Under the pieces are notes generated by a model. It searched no databases and was not told where the DNA came from. It saw only the letters and a program-made list of their open reading frames with translations. 59,907 nucleotides of DNA, taken from Candidatus Hydrogenedentota bacterium (lineage in GTDB: Bacteria; Hydrogenedentota; Hydrogenedentia; Hydrogenedentales; SLHB01). The position numbers were made by a program, and so were the translations under genes. Positions within the stretch are counted from its first letter, which is position 1, and every line of letters begins with the position of its first letter. This document shows, piece by piece, positions 1-9,340 of this stretch. The stretch is taken from contig JARKSN010000246.1 of assembly GCA_029974275.1 (NCBI GenBank), positions 1 through 59,907 on the forward strand, given 5' to 3'.

Positions 1-845
1 GCCACCAAACCAAAATAATACCGACCATTCCCGCCCGCCGGAACATAACCAAACGTCCCCGACGAAGCGCTCTGCGTCTGACCCGTATCCACCCACGAGC
101 CCGAATCCTTCCGAACATACAACCGAACCCGCTTCAAACCGCCCGCATCCGATGCGCCAGCATAGGAGACCTCAATGGGACTTGTCCTCGCGTAGGCGGC
201 AACGGTTAGAGATGGAGAAGTCGGGGCAGTTGCATCGTAGGTAACGCTGACCGCCCCATCGCCTGTCGGCGTCGCGGACACATTGCCAGCGTTGTCCTCC
301 GCGACAGCGGCGAAGCGATATACGCCTTCGCCCGCCGCCAACGCATAGGTAAACGTCCCCGTGGCGCCTGTCTGCGCCACGCCCGTATCGACCCACGCCG
401 CGCCTTCCTTCTTGGCCCACAAAACGACCCGTTTCAACCCGCTTCCTCCGGTGTCCGCCGCGCCGTCATAGGAGATAGACGCACTCCCGGTCTTTACGTA
501 TGCCGCCGCAGCGTTCAACGATCCCGCTGTGGGAGCCAAGGCATCCAGCACGGTCTGGGCCGCGCCGGAGCCCGACGGCTGCGCCGACGCATTGCCGGCA
601 TGATCTTCCGCCACAATCGCGAAATGGTATACTCCCTGCCCCGCTGCCGCAGGATACGAAAAAACGCCGGACGCTGTAGCGGCGGTCAAGGTGGTGTCGG
701 CCCACCCGCCAGCATCTTTTTGGGCCCACAAACGAACCGCTTTGAGACCGCTGCCCCCCGCATCGGACACGCCGCTGTAGGTGACCGGGATGGGACCTGC
801 GCTGACAAAGCCGGGCGCCTCAACAGAACCGACGACCGGCGGCGT
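1..845 (-). repeat. Intragenic tandem ~300-nt repeats encoding Ig-like modules (SGLKxVxLWxxK...W.DT...GVYxFAxVAEDxAGN)
   Basis: Three similar units in the C-terminal part of the GH9-like protein: GSGLKAVRLWAQKD, GSGLKRVVLWAKKE, GGLKRVRLYVRKD. Confidence 0.8.
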
Positions 846-3800
846 CTCATCGTCAGAAGAGGGCGGCGGGGCGGTCTCCGCGAATCGAGGCGCCAGCGTA
901 TTGCGGTGTTCGCTGCCGCCAGGCAGGAACGAAGAAGGCGGCGTCATTCCCGGAGCCACCACCATGGCCAACAACTCCGCGTTGCGCGCCTGGATGCCGT
1001 TATCGAATTCGTTATTCATAATAAAGGTGCGGATGTCGACATACCGTCGGCAAAGGGGATGGTCCGCATACGATGGGTAGAGACAATTCACCCCGTAGTC
1101 ATACCACGCCGCGGTCGACATGCCCTGAGCCGGACCGTACACCGGAATCCCCGGCATGCTCTGCATGCCCTGCTTACGAAACGTGAGCGAATCGTTGTGC
1201 AGCACATCGATGGGGTAACTGGTGCCAAGTCCGGATATCCACACCATGCCCTTCGGATTGCAGCCCAGCAGATAATCCGCCGACAGGCTGGTCGCGTCAA
1301 AATACCGTTGCTGCTGGTCGGCGGATATGCCCCCCAACGTCATGCGCCCAAAAATACGCCGCACGTATTGCCCCACTGCGGATCCCTGTCCCCAACTCGG
1401 ACTCCACGCCGCAGGACGTCCGTTGCGATGAGCATGCAGATCGTTCACATCGACGACCGCCGTGTCCGCCGCCGTATTGAGAGTCTTCATCGCCGTGGTC
1501 ACGTACGAAGCCGTGGCGTTCGGCATGCCAACATACCCCACCACAAAATCCGCCAGGGTCGGCTGCGTCGTATCACGATAGGAAGAGGTCCAAGGCATGA
1601 ACGAATAAATCGAGGGGCCGCGCCCTGGATTGTCATTCGCCACCCACGTCGCGTCGAATTTCGTCTTGTACTTCTCCTCGCCGGTAAGTCGATACAGCTC
1701 GCTTGCCGCAAAAAACATCGGGCCCGCTGTCGTTTCACCGACGCCATTGGCCAAGGCATAGTCGTACGCCTTGATCGCACGAACGCGGAGTTCGCCCGCG
1801 CGGCTTTGCGAATACGGCGCAACGAGTCTCGCCGCCTGGGCGAACAGCGCCGCCACGCGCGCCGTATGAATGGGATCGCGCGCATACGTCCAGTACGGCA
1901 AGGGGTCTTCATCGGCGAAATAAATGCCATAGGGATGCCGGTACGATTCCGCGCCCATCCGGACGCCTCCGTCCTCCTCCTGCAGCTGTTCCCACGCCTT
2001 GATGCTGTACAGGGCCTCGTCCAACAGATCAGGAATGCCGTTGCCGCTCTCCGGAATGGTCAACTGCCCATCCACGAAGGCCGTCGCATTGATTTCGAAG
2101 GCCCTCATGAGCGACATGGAAACCATGTAATGCAAATGGCGGAGGTCATAATCGCCAGCGTCATGATGACCGCCGGACAGCGGACGTTCCCCTATTTTGG
2201 GCGTCGTCTCGGAAAAGTTCTTGCGTTCCAGCCACCATTCGACATTGTCGCACGTGTAGACGGTCGGATGGTCCGGAGGGCGCACGCTCCAATCGGTATA
2301 CTGTGCTTGCAGATCGCGTCCCCAACGGTTATAGAACAGACCGCGGACAATGGTGTAATACGCCTTGAATACCGCAATTTCGCTGACTTGCGTGGGCCAC
2401 GAAACGCCCACGCCGGGAATGCGCACCCGGTACATACGGCCTTCCGCGGCCGGAACCGAACTCAAATCAATATCGCGCACTTCCGTGCCCGCATCGGTGT
2501 CGTTCGCGGATCGCAAGGATATCGGCAGATCAGACACGACGCGCGATCGGGGCGCGATCGGATCGTCGGACTCGATCAAGACGTCCGCCGTCGCCGGAAA
2601 ACCGGCGAGTGAAAGCGGGCCGCCATCGCCCATCCACCCCGAGACATACGCGTAGCGCTTCGTGGAACGCGGCGAATATCCGACCTGATTCACCTGCAAG
2701 ACCGACGTCTCCAAATAATTGTCACTCACGGGGATATACACATCGGCCGACAACGGGCCGGTAACGTGCAACACCTCGCGATTCCCCACGGGTTGGTTCA
2801 GCACAAGATAAATATAATGGTTCACATCCATCAGATGGTCCTTGGTGTCCGTCCCATAGCCCACATCGTAGTATGGCTGACCGCATGGCAAGGACTCCCG
2901 ATGCACCTGGGCGACCTGCAAAGACGTCCCATCGCGACGAACCACCGTCCAAGGGCCGGCCTGCAGTTCCGGTCCGGTGAAGCCTCGAAGTTGGTTATCG
3001 CCTTTATCAAACGTGTCCGTCCGATCTGAAAATGAGTGAACATTCATATCCGCCATAACCAGCAGCAATATATTGGGCGCGTAAAGATGCACCTGGCGCA
3101 CCTGTGAATTCAGATCGGCCACCTGCCCCCCTACCGTCCGAACATGCGCATTGCCCGCCGCAAGAACATTGCCCCCGGAAATCGTCTCGACGCGAATAAA
3201 CACGTCCACTGCGGCAGCAAGTTTTTCGATGCGATACGACGTGGTCGAAGCGGGAAAAGAAGCCAACAACAGCGAATCCGGCAAGGCGGCCCCGCGCACC
3301 GCGGGCGGCTCCGCCCCGATATAAACGCGCGTCTCTTCCCCGCCCAATAGCCGGCCCCATGTCAAATCGACGGAACTCGACGTCACTCCGCTTGTCCGGA
3401 CCGTAAGCCCCGCCGAAGAATCGCCCGCCTCCACGCCCTTTCCCAGCAGAGACGCGACTATTTCCGGGTTGTTCGGATCGTTGCTATGCATGTGAAGGCT
3501 CCCGGACGCGTCTCCGGAAGACGTCGGCGCAAAGGTGACGTCCAACGACTGGCTTCCGCCTGCGGGAATCGTCACGGAAGCGAGCGAAGATGCAAAAATC
3601 TCGCTGGAAGCGACGATGGACGATAGAGCCAAATCCTGATTCCCGGTGTTGGTGGCACTCAACCGCCACTGCATGCTCTGCCCGACAGCCACCGTGCCGA
3701 AATCAATCGTATTGGCGGACAAAGAAAGCGTGGAACCCGTCCCGGTCCCCGACAAGGGAGCCACGGTCGTAACGCCATTGACAGAACGGTTATGCGTCAA

Positions 3801-4613
3801 CACAAACGAAGCCGATTTCAAGCCGGGAGAGGCTGGCGTGAACGTAACGCTCACGTTGTGCGTCGCGCCTGGCGCGACCGTGAAAGGCGTAACCGGAGCC
3901 GAAAAATCGCTCGCATTCACGCCTGCTATCGACACGCTGCTGACCTGAAGCGGCGCCGCGCCGACATTCGATACCGGCAAATTGATCTGCACCGGATTCT
4001 TGACCGAAACATCGCCAAAATCGGTCTTGGGCAGAGCGCCAACCACGGGGATCGTGGCCGGATCCGTCTCCGCAAAACTGACGGCCCAGACATCATCGAT
4101 GTACAGTTTATGCCCCGAGGTCGGCTTGGCGACGCCAAAATACAGGTATTCCACCTTTTCCAGCGAATACGTGTCCGTTTTCAGAGCCGATATTGGAATG
4201 CGCACAAGGCGATAGGCTGTGTCCAAGCTGCCGCCTTGGATGTACGGATCGATGTTCACCACGTTGCTGGTGCTCGGGTACGCATACACGCTGAAATCCA
4301 GCGTTTTCCCCGGTTGATCGGCCTTCGCGAAAAACCATATTTCATCGTACTCGGAGAGGTTCGCGCGATACGTTGGGAGACCTGTCAACCGGATCGCCGA
4401 TTGATGCCACGCGTCGGGCGTTCCCTCAAAACAACCCGCCCCTCGAAACACGTTCGTGGCGCTGGCCGAACCGTAGGCGCTTTGGAACGCGCTCTCGCCA
4501 TCCCATACCAAAAGATTAGGGGCCGCCTCGGCAAACGTCGGCATAAGGACAAACGCCAACAGAACTGCCCCGGCAACATGCGCGATATGGCGGTGTGTGG
4601 TGGCTGTAAGCAT
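1..4613 (-). CDS. Large secreted glycoside hydrolase family 9-like multidomain protein (3' end runs off the window; >1537 aa)
   Basis: Manual translation: ATG at 4613 preceded by GAGGAGG, and the frame stays open to position 3. It is absent from the ORF track because there is no stop in the window. Signal peptide (MLTATTHRHIAHVAGAVLLAFVLMPTFAEA). GH9 hallmarks: VNQVGY (~2693), LSGGHHDAGDY (~2180), ESGNGIPDLLDE (~2050), YLLGCNP and C-terminal NNEF (~1010). Two ASH/choice-of-anchor-D-like Ig domains (DFGDV, DFGTV) and at least 3 C-terminal ~100-aa Ig-like repeats. Confidence 0.85.
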   Translation of the reverse strand, partial: MLTATTHRHIAHVAGAVLLAFVLMPTFAEAAPNLLVWDGESAFQSAYGSASATNVFRGAGCFEGTPDAWHQSAIRLTGLPTYRANLSEYDEIWFFAKADQPGKTLDFSVYAYPSTSNVVNIDPYIQGGSLDTAYRLVRIPISALKTDTYSLEKVEYLYFGVAKPTSGHKLYIDDVWAVSFAETDPATIPVVGALPKTDFGDVSVKNPVQINLPVSNVGAAPLQVSSVSIAGVNASDFSAPVTPFTVAPGATHNVSVTFTPASPGLKSASFVLTHNRSVNGVTTVAPLSGTGTGSTLSLSANTIDFGTVAVGQSMQWRLSATNTGNQDLALSSIVASSEIFASSLASVTIPAGGSQSLDVTFAPTSSGDASGSLHMHSNDPNNPEIVASLLGKGVEAGDSSAGLTVRTSGVTSSSVDLTWGRLLGGEETRVYIGAEPPAVRGAALPDSLLLASFPASTTSYRIEKLAAAVDVFIRVETISGGNVLAAGNAHVRTVGGQVADLNSQVRQVHLYAPNILLLVMADMNVHSFSDRTDTFDKGDNQLRGFTGPELQAGPWTVVRRDGTSLQVAQVHRESLPCGQPYYDVGYGTDTKDHLMDVNHYIYLVLNQPVGNREVLHVTGPLSADVYIPVSDNYLETSVLQVNQVGYSPRSTKRYAYVSGWMGDGGPLSLAGFPATADVLIESDDPIAPRSRVVSDLPISLRSANDTDAGTEVRDIDLSSVPAAEGRMYRVRIPGVGVSWPTQVSEIAVFKAYYTIVRGLFYNRWGRDLQAQYTDWSVRPPDHPTVYTCDNVEWWLERKNFSETTPKIGERPLSGGHHDAGDYDLRHLHYMVSMSLMRAFEINATAFVDGQLTIPESGNGIPDLLDEALYSIKAWEQLQEEDGGVRMGAESYRHPYGIYFADEDPLPYWTYARDPIHTARVAALFAQAARLVAPYSQSRAGELRVRAIKAYDYALANGVGETTAGPMFFAASELYRLTGEEKYKTKFDATWVANDNPGRGPSIYSFMPWTSSYRDTTQPTLADFVVGYVGMPNATASYVTTAMKTLNTAADTAVVDVNDLHAHRNGRPAAWSPSWGQGSAVGQYVRRIFGRMTLGGISADQQQRYFDATSLSADYLLGCNPKGMVWISGLGTSYPIDVLHNDSLTFRKQGMQSMPGIPVYGPAQGMSTAAWYDYGVNCLYPSYADHPLCRRYVDIRTFIMNNEFDNGIQARNAELLAMVVAPGMTPPSSFLPGGSEHRNTLAPRFAETAPPPSSDDETPPVVGSVEAPGFVSAGPIPVTYSGVSDAGGSGLKAVRLWAQKDAGGWADTTLTAATASGVFSYPAAAGQGVYHFAIVAEDHAGNASAQPSGSGAAQTVLDALAPTAGSLNAAAAYVKTGSASISYDGAADTGGSGLKRVVLWAKKEGAAWVDTGVAQTGATGTFTYALAAGEGVYRFAAVAEDNAGNVSATPTGDGAVSVTYDATAPTSPSLTVAAYARTSPIEVSYAGASDAGGLKRVRLYVRKDSGSWVDTGQTQSASSGTFGYVPAGGNGRYYFGLV

Positions 4614-4959
4614 ATTCAATAGCCCTCCTCCCCGCGTCGCGGGTATGGCAAAACGGCTTTTCTCAAAGGTTCCGGCGCGCAACGGATATCTTCTCTATCC
4701 GCAACACGAAGCCGCCGGCATACCTTCCGCACAACGCGCCCGCCTCGCCCAAAACGGGAAACGGTTTTCGTGCGCCATTCATCGCTACGCATATCCTAGG
4801 CCAAATGCGAATGAGGGACAATCCCCATGCTGCGCGCCGCTGAGCCTTCTACTAATAATTGCGTAATAGGAGATGGAAAGCAAAAAATCCGTCATTTTGC
4901 CAAAGGCCTGTCGGCGGGAACGGCCCGCCGCAAAAGGGGGAAATTGACTTGATCTCCGG

Positions 4960-6006
4960 TCAGCGCGCTTTATTCCGGGGGCCTTGGGCTGGCTTTGAGG
5001 GGCGGCGAGCAAGCGCTGCCAGCTTAATCACCAAAAGCTCGAGGGCCAATGCGGGGATAACGCCCGTGGATCGGAGCATGAGTTCGGTGTCCATGCTCAA
5101 ACGGAAGGTGAGAGGCATCTTCTCGGGACCGATTTTCTCTGCGAGGGAGCCGATTTTTTGGGCGACGTATGGGTTCACTTTGGAGGATCCGCCGGAGGTG
5201 GTGAGCGCGTACGCGGTCTTGAGCAGCCAGTTGATGGCGCCCATGATCTCGACCTCTTTCATCCCCATGCCCATGAGTTCGCGCAGCACGCAGATCGCCT
5301 CGCTGGTATTCGACTGAGCGATGGCATCGGTCAACGCCCAAATTTCGTCCTCGGCGACGTCGGCGCACGCGGCGCGCACATCCTCCTCCCGAATCGCCGA
5401 AACCGTCGCGCCGACATAGTCGCATACGAGCGAAACCGCGTTGTTGACGTCGCTTAGATGTGCGCCGGCGCGATGCATGAGCAGATCGAGGGCGCGCGGC
5501 TCGATGGTTTTGGATCGGGCCTTCATCTCGTCGCGAATCCACGCGGCGATCTGCGCGCCTTTGAGTTCCGGGCACTCAACAACGGCTCCCGCATTTTGAC
5601 AGGCCTTGAAAAACTTGCTGCGGCGATCGATCTGGTGAGCGACCAGCAGCAAAAGGGTGGTTTCGCAGGGGTTGGCCAAGTAGGCCAGCATGGGCTTGAC
5701 CGCCGCCTCGGATTCGAGGCGATGCGCATGGTTCACGAGCACCACGCGCCGTTCGGTGAGAAAGGGAAGGGTCGACGCCATCGAAACAATCTCGCTCGTG
5801 TCGGTCTCGTCCGCGTAATATGCCGCGAAGCCAAGGTCGCGCATCGATGGCTCGACATACCGCGCGATGACCTTGTCGACGGCCCGCTGCGCCAAAATCG
5901 GTTCGAAGGTTGAAGCCTTGGCATTCGGAGCCTTGAAAGGACAGAACAGATACACCGGCGCCGGAGCGATCGTATCGAAAGATTTGAGGAACTCTTCAAC
6001 GTTCAC
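4960..6006 (-). CDS. holA: DNA polymerase III delta subunit
   Basis: PVYLF, TLPFLTERRVVLV and IWALTDAI motifs; lies directly after lptE (conserved lptE-holA order). Start placed at GTG 6006; the track gives 6018. Confidence 0.9.
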   Translation of the reverse strand: MNVEEFLKSFDTIAPAPVYLFCPFKAPNAKASTFEPILAQRAVDKVIARYVEPSMRDLGFAAYYADETDTSEIVSMASTLPFLTERRVVLVNHAHRLESEAAVKPMLAYLANPCETTLLLLVAHQIDRRSKFFKACQNAGAVVECPELKGAQIAAWIRDEMKARSKTIEPRALDLLMHRAGAHLSDVNNAVSLVCDYVGATVSAIREEDVRAACADVAEDEIWALTDAIAQSNTSEAICVLRELMGMGMKEVEIMGAINWLLKTAYALTTSGGSSKVNPYVAQKIGSLAEKIGPEKMPLTFRLSMDTELMLRSTGVIPALALELLVIKLAALARRPSKPAQGPRNKAR

Positions 6007-6011
6007 GCCGG

Positions 6012-6584
6012 CTACCAAGGCTCAACGGTGCGATAAAAAATCTCCGACGCGAGCTGCTCGAGCGCTTCCGAAGCCGCCCGGTTCTCTTCTTCGCTGGAAA
6101 ACGAACGGACGGTTGCCAAAAAGACTTCGGCATTGCCCCGCAAACGGTCCGACGACTGCCCCGAGGCCCGCGTGTAATAGCTTGTCTCGCCGGTCACGTC
6201 CTTCGCCTCCCACAGGACTTTGCCCGTCTGTCTCTCGGACACGCGCACCCCGCCGGTGATCACGCAAATATACTGCGTCACGTTGTCCTTCTTGTCGTAG
6301 GTAAGACCGCGCAATGCATACTTCAGGACCACCCCTTCGAGCACCAAATCCGCGGTCTCATACGGAGCGACCCTCAAACGTCCGTCGTTGGTGAATTTCC
6401 GGATGACGGCGTTGGTCAACGGCGCCGCAAGGTCGTACTCCTTGCTGTGGTTCTTGAACGCGGAAACGTAGATTGTCTGGTACTTCGGAAGCAGCGAACT
6501 CTGCGTCGTATACCCGCAGCCCGTCATGCCGGCAAAGAAACCGGTCATCACGATCGCCATGACTCCTGTCCGCATGGCGCTCAT
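6012..6584 (-). CDS. lptE: LPS assembly lipoprotein LptE family
   Basis: Lipobox MTGC followed by GY, IYVSAFKN and ADLVLEGVV. ATG at 6584 overlaps the bamD stop (ATGA). Confidence 0.8.
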   Translation of the reverse strand: MSAMRTGVMAIVMTGFFAGMTGCGYTTQSSLLPKYQTIYVSAFKNHSKEYDLAAPLTNAVIRKFTNDGRLRVAPYETADLVLEGVVLKYALRGLTYDKKDNVTQYICVITGGVRVSERQTGKVLWEAKDVTGETSYYTRASGQSSDRLRGNAEVFLATVRSFSSEEENRAASEALEQLASEIFYRTVEPW

Positions 6585-7558
6585 GATGATGACGAAACGC
6601 CTTCCGTTGAATGACGCGCGAGCCACTCTTGCGCCTCCCGGGCGAAGGGGGTTTCAGAGAATTGATCGACCACGACTTGATAGCTCAAGCGGGCCGCCTC
6701 GAACTTCCGGCGCTTTTCATAGAACCGAGCCGTTTCCAGGCGCTGTTTGGCAATGACGTTGCGCATCTCGGCCCGCTTTCCGCTGAGGTCCTCCACGCGC
6801 GCATCCACGGGAAAACGCTGCTTGAAATCATCAATGGCGCCAATCGCAAGTTGGCTTGGGGCCTGATCATACGCCGCAGGCAGCGACTGCTCGTAATACG
6901 CCATCGCCAAGCCATAGCTGGCGTCGTCCACCCATTCCGATCCCGAATAATCTTCGATGACCCTGCGGTACTCATAGGCAGCCTCGGCGTACTCCTTGCG
7001 CATGACGTGGCACAATCCGACTTTGTATTGCGCCTCTGCCGCCGCAAGCGTGAAGGGCTGGTTGGCAATCACCATGCGGTACACTTCGATGGCCTGCTTG
7101 AAGGGCTTCTTTTTGAACGGGCGAAAACGCTTTCCTTTCCGCTCCAGGCCGCTTTCATACAACTTGTCGCCGATCTCATACTGTTTCGCGATGACCGCAT
7201 CGTAAAGCGCGCTAGCCGGATACGCGGTCACGACCTGCTGAAATTCCTTGGCGGCATCGACATACTCTTCCTGGGCCAAGCGAATCTCGCCGCGCAAAAA
7301 CTGGTTTTGATCGCTGAGCGGACTGCCCGCGTAGTAGTCGATGAACTTGTCCGTCTCTTGATAGGCCTTGCGATAGTCGCCCTTCACAAGCAAACCCCGC
7401 GCATACTCGATTTGCAGTTCGTCGGTCTCCTTGGGCATTCGCTTGACGTTGATCCAACGCTTGGTCTGCGGGGTCCACGTCCACTGGGCCTCGGCGGCCG
7501 TCTGGACGACAAAAACAACAGCCACCGCCCACGCTGCACAACTCAACCACTTACGCAT
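6581..7558 (-). CDS. bamD: Outer membrane protein assembly factor BamD-like TPR protein
   Basis: TPR repeats, YDQAPSQLAI..F..RFP and ETARFYEKR..AARLSYQ.V (BamD C-terminal pattern). ATG at 7558 followed by a signal peptide. Confidence 0.8.
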   Translation of the reverse strand: MRKWLSCAAWAVAVVFVVQTAAEAQWTWTPQTKRWINVKRMPKETDELQIEYARGLLVKGDYRKAYQETDKFIDYYAGSPLSDQNQFLRGEIRLAQEEYVDAAKEFQQVVTAYPASALYDAVIAKQYEIGDKLYESGLERKGKRFRPFKKKPFKQAIEVYRMVIANQPFTLAAAEAQYKVGLCHVMRKEYAEAAYEYRRVIEDYSGSEWVDDASYGLAMAYYEQSLPAAYDQAPSQLAIGAIDDFKQRFPVDARVEDLSGKRAEMRNVIAKQRLETARFYEKRRKFEAARLSYQVVVDQFSETPFAREAQEWLARHSTEGVSSSS

Positions 7559-7633
7559 ATTCACGTCCTCGTGTTCTCCTGATCGCTGGCGCATTCGGCG
7601 CACGCCGCCTCGGGCGGACGCCCCGCGCCGCAA

Positions 7634-7662
7634 AGAATACTAAATCAATCGCGCGAGGTCAA
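7634..7662 (-). promoter_or_regulatory. sigma70-type promoter for bamD-lptE-holA
   Basis: TTGACC-17 nt-TATTCT on the minus strand upstream of bamD. Confidence 0.55.
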
Positions 7663-7693
7663 CGCGAGGAAGACGCGCTTTATGCGCAAAAAG

Positions 7694-9085
7694 CTATTTC
7701 TTCCCCGGCAATGTATGAATGCCCACGCCCAAAAAATCCTCGGCGGCTTCCATGACCGTCTCGGCGAGGGTGGGATGCGTATGGATCGTGTGGGCAATAT
7801 CGTCGACGGTCGCTTCGAGCGACATGGCCATCGCGGCGGCGGCGTTCAGTTCGCCTGCCTCGGGTCCCATGATATGCACGCCGACGACTTCGTTGGTGCG
7901 CGCGTCGCCGACGATCTTCACCATGCCGTCGGTCTCGCCCATCGCTTGCGCGCGACCGCTGGCGACAAAATCAAAGCGGCCAATCTTCACGTCGATACCC
8001 GCTGCACGCGCGGCGGTTTCGGTCAGGCCGACGCTGGCCACTTCCGGCGAGATGAAATTGCACGCAGGAACGACGCGATAGTCCATCTTCTTGCGCCCGC
8101 CCGTCGCGTTCTCGGCGGCGACGAGTCCCTCGCACGAAGCGCCGTGCGCGAGCAGGGTCTTCCCCACCACGTCGCCTATCGCGTAAATGCCCGGCACGCT
8201 GGTCTCCAGGTATTCGTCCACGAGGATCTCGCCGCGCTTGCCGATTTTCACGCCAAGGCCAGGCGTCGAGGTAACCACTTCGCTATAATAGCGGCGCCCA
8301 ATGCCGACCAGCACGAGGTCCACGTCGATAACGCCGGCCTTTGCGCCTTCGAGCGTTAGCGTCACCCCCGAGGGCTTGCGTTCGAGTTTCGCGACGGTCG
8401 TGCCCGTGCGGACGTCGATGCCTTTCTTCTTGAACCCTGCCGCAACGCGTTTCGCGAGTTCCTCGTCCTCGCGCGGCAGGACATTCGGCATCATCTCGAT
8501 CAACGTGACCTCGACGCCGAACGCATTCCAGATGCACGCGAACTCGGCGCCCAACGCGCCCGCGCCGATGACGGCGATGCGTTTCGGCAACTCAGCGAGT
8601 TCAAGGGCTTCCGTGCTGGTGATGACCTGCTTGCCGTCGGTTTCGAGACCCGGCAACTGCGCAGGGCCGCCGCCCGTCGCGATGATGATGGACTTGACGG
8701 TGTAGGGGGTTCCAGCGGACTCAACGGTGCGCGGTCCCGTGACGCGCGCGTCCCCTTTGACAACATCGATGCCGTGGGCCTTGAATAGGGCCGCGATGCC
8801 GCCCTTGTTGCGGCGGATGACGTCGCGTTTGCGCTTAAGGATGGCGCTCATGTCAAAACCGAGCCCCTCGACCTTCAGGCCGTACTCGGAGGCGTGTTGC
8901 AGCTTGCGGTAGAGATCGGCGCTGGTGATCAGGGTCTTGGTCGGGATACAGCCCCAATTCAGACACACGCCGCCCAACTCCTCGCGCTCGAACGCCACGA
9001 CCTTCGCCCCGCGCTGCGCCGCGCGAATCGCCGCCACATACCCGCCAGGCCCAGCGCCAATCACTGCAACATCATAGGATGACAT
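7694..9085 (-). CDS. lpdA: Dihydrolipoyl dehydrogenase (E3)
   Basis: GAGPGGYVAAIRAAQ, GGVCLNWGCIPTK redox disulfide and HTHPTLAE. Confidence 0.95.
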   Translation of the reverse strand: MSSYDVAVIGAGPGGYVAAIRAAQRGAKVVAFEREELGGVCLNWGCIPTKTLITSADLYRKLQHASEYGLKVEGLGFDMSAILKRKRDVIRRNKGGIAALFKAHGIDVVKGDARVTGPRTVESAGTPYTVKSIIIATGGGPAQLPGLETDGKQVITSTEALELAELPKRIAVIGAGALGAEFACIWNAFGVEVTLIEMMPNVLPREDEELAKRVAAGFKKKGIDVRTGTTVAKLERKPSGVTLTLEGAKAGVIDVDLVLVGIGRRYYSEVVTSTPGLGVKIGKRGEILVDEYLETSVPGIYAIGDVVGKTLLAHGASCEGLVAAENATGGRKKMDYRVVPACNFISPEVASVGLTETAARAAGIDVKIGRFDFVASGRAQAMGETDGMVKIVGDARTNEVVGVHIMGPEAGELNAAAAMAMSLEATVDDIAHTIHTHPTLAETVMEAAEDFLGVGIHTLPGKK

Positions 9086-9105
9086 TCGATTACCTCATTG
9101 CTGTT

Positions 9106-9340
9106 TTAAGATTCACCACGGAGACACAGAGAACACAAAGAAATCACAGAGGAAGAGAATTGAACCACAGATGGCCACAGATGAAGAAATATCGGATTTG
9201 CCGTCTTTTCTCTGCGCCTTTGCGTCTCCGCGTCATTGCGTTAAATTCTTCCTTGTGCCTTTGTCTCTTCGATCCTTTGTGTTAAATTCTTCTCTTACTC
9301 TTTCTTCATCTGTGGCCATCTATGTGCATCTGTGGTTAAA
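9106..9340. repeat. Intergenic composite REP-like repeat, copy A
   Basis: TTAAGATTCACCAC followed by (a/g)CACA(a/g)AG units. TTTCTCTGCGCCTTTGCGTCTCCGCG (9207-9232) is identical to 10807-10832. Perfect 21-bp inverted repeat 9169-9189 / 9301-9321. Confidence 0.85.

Noticed and set aside
600..2612. 670-aa plus-strand ORF (also 3792..4622)
   Set aside because: Antisense shadow of the GH9-like gene on the minus strand; Arg/His-rich with no recognisable motifs.
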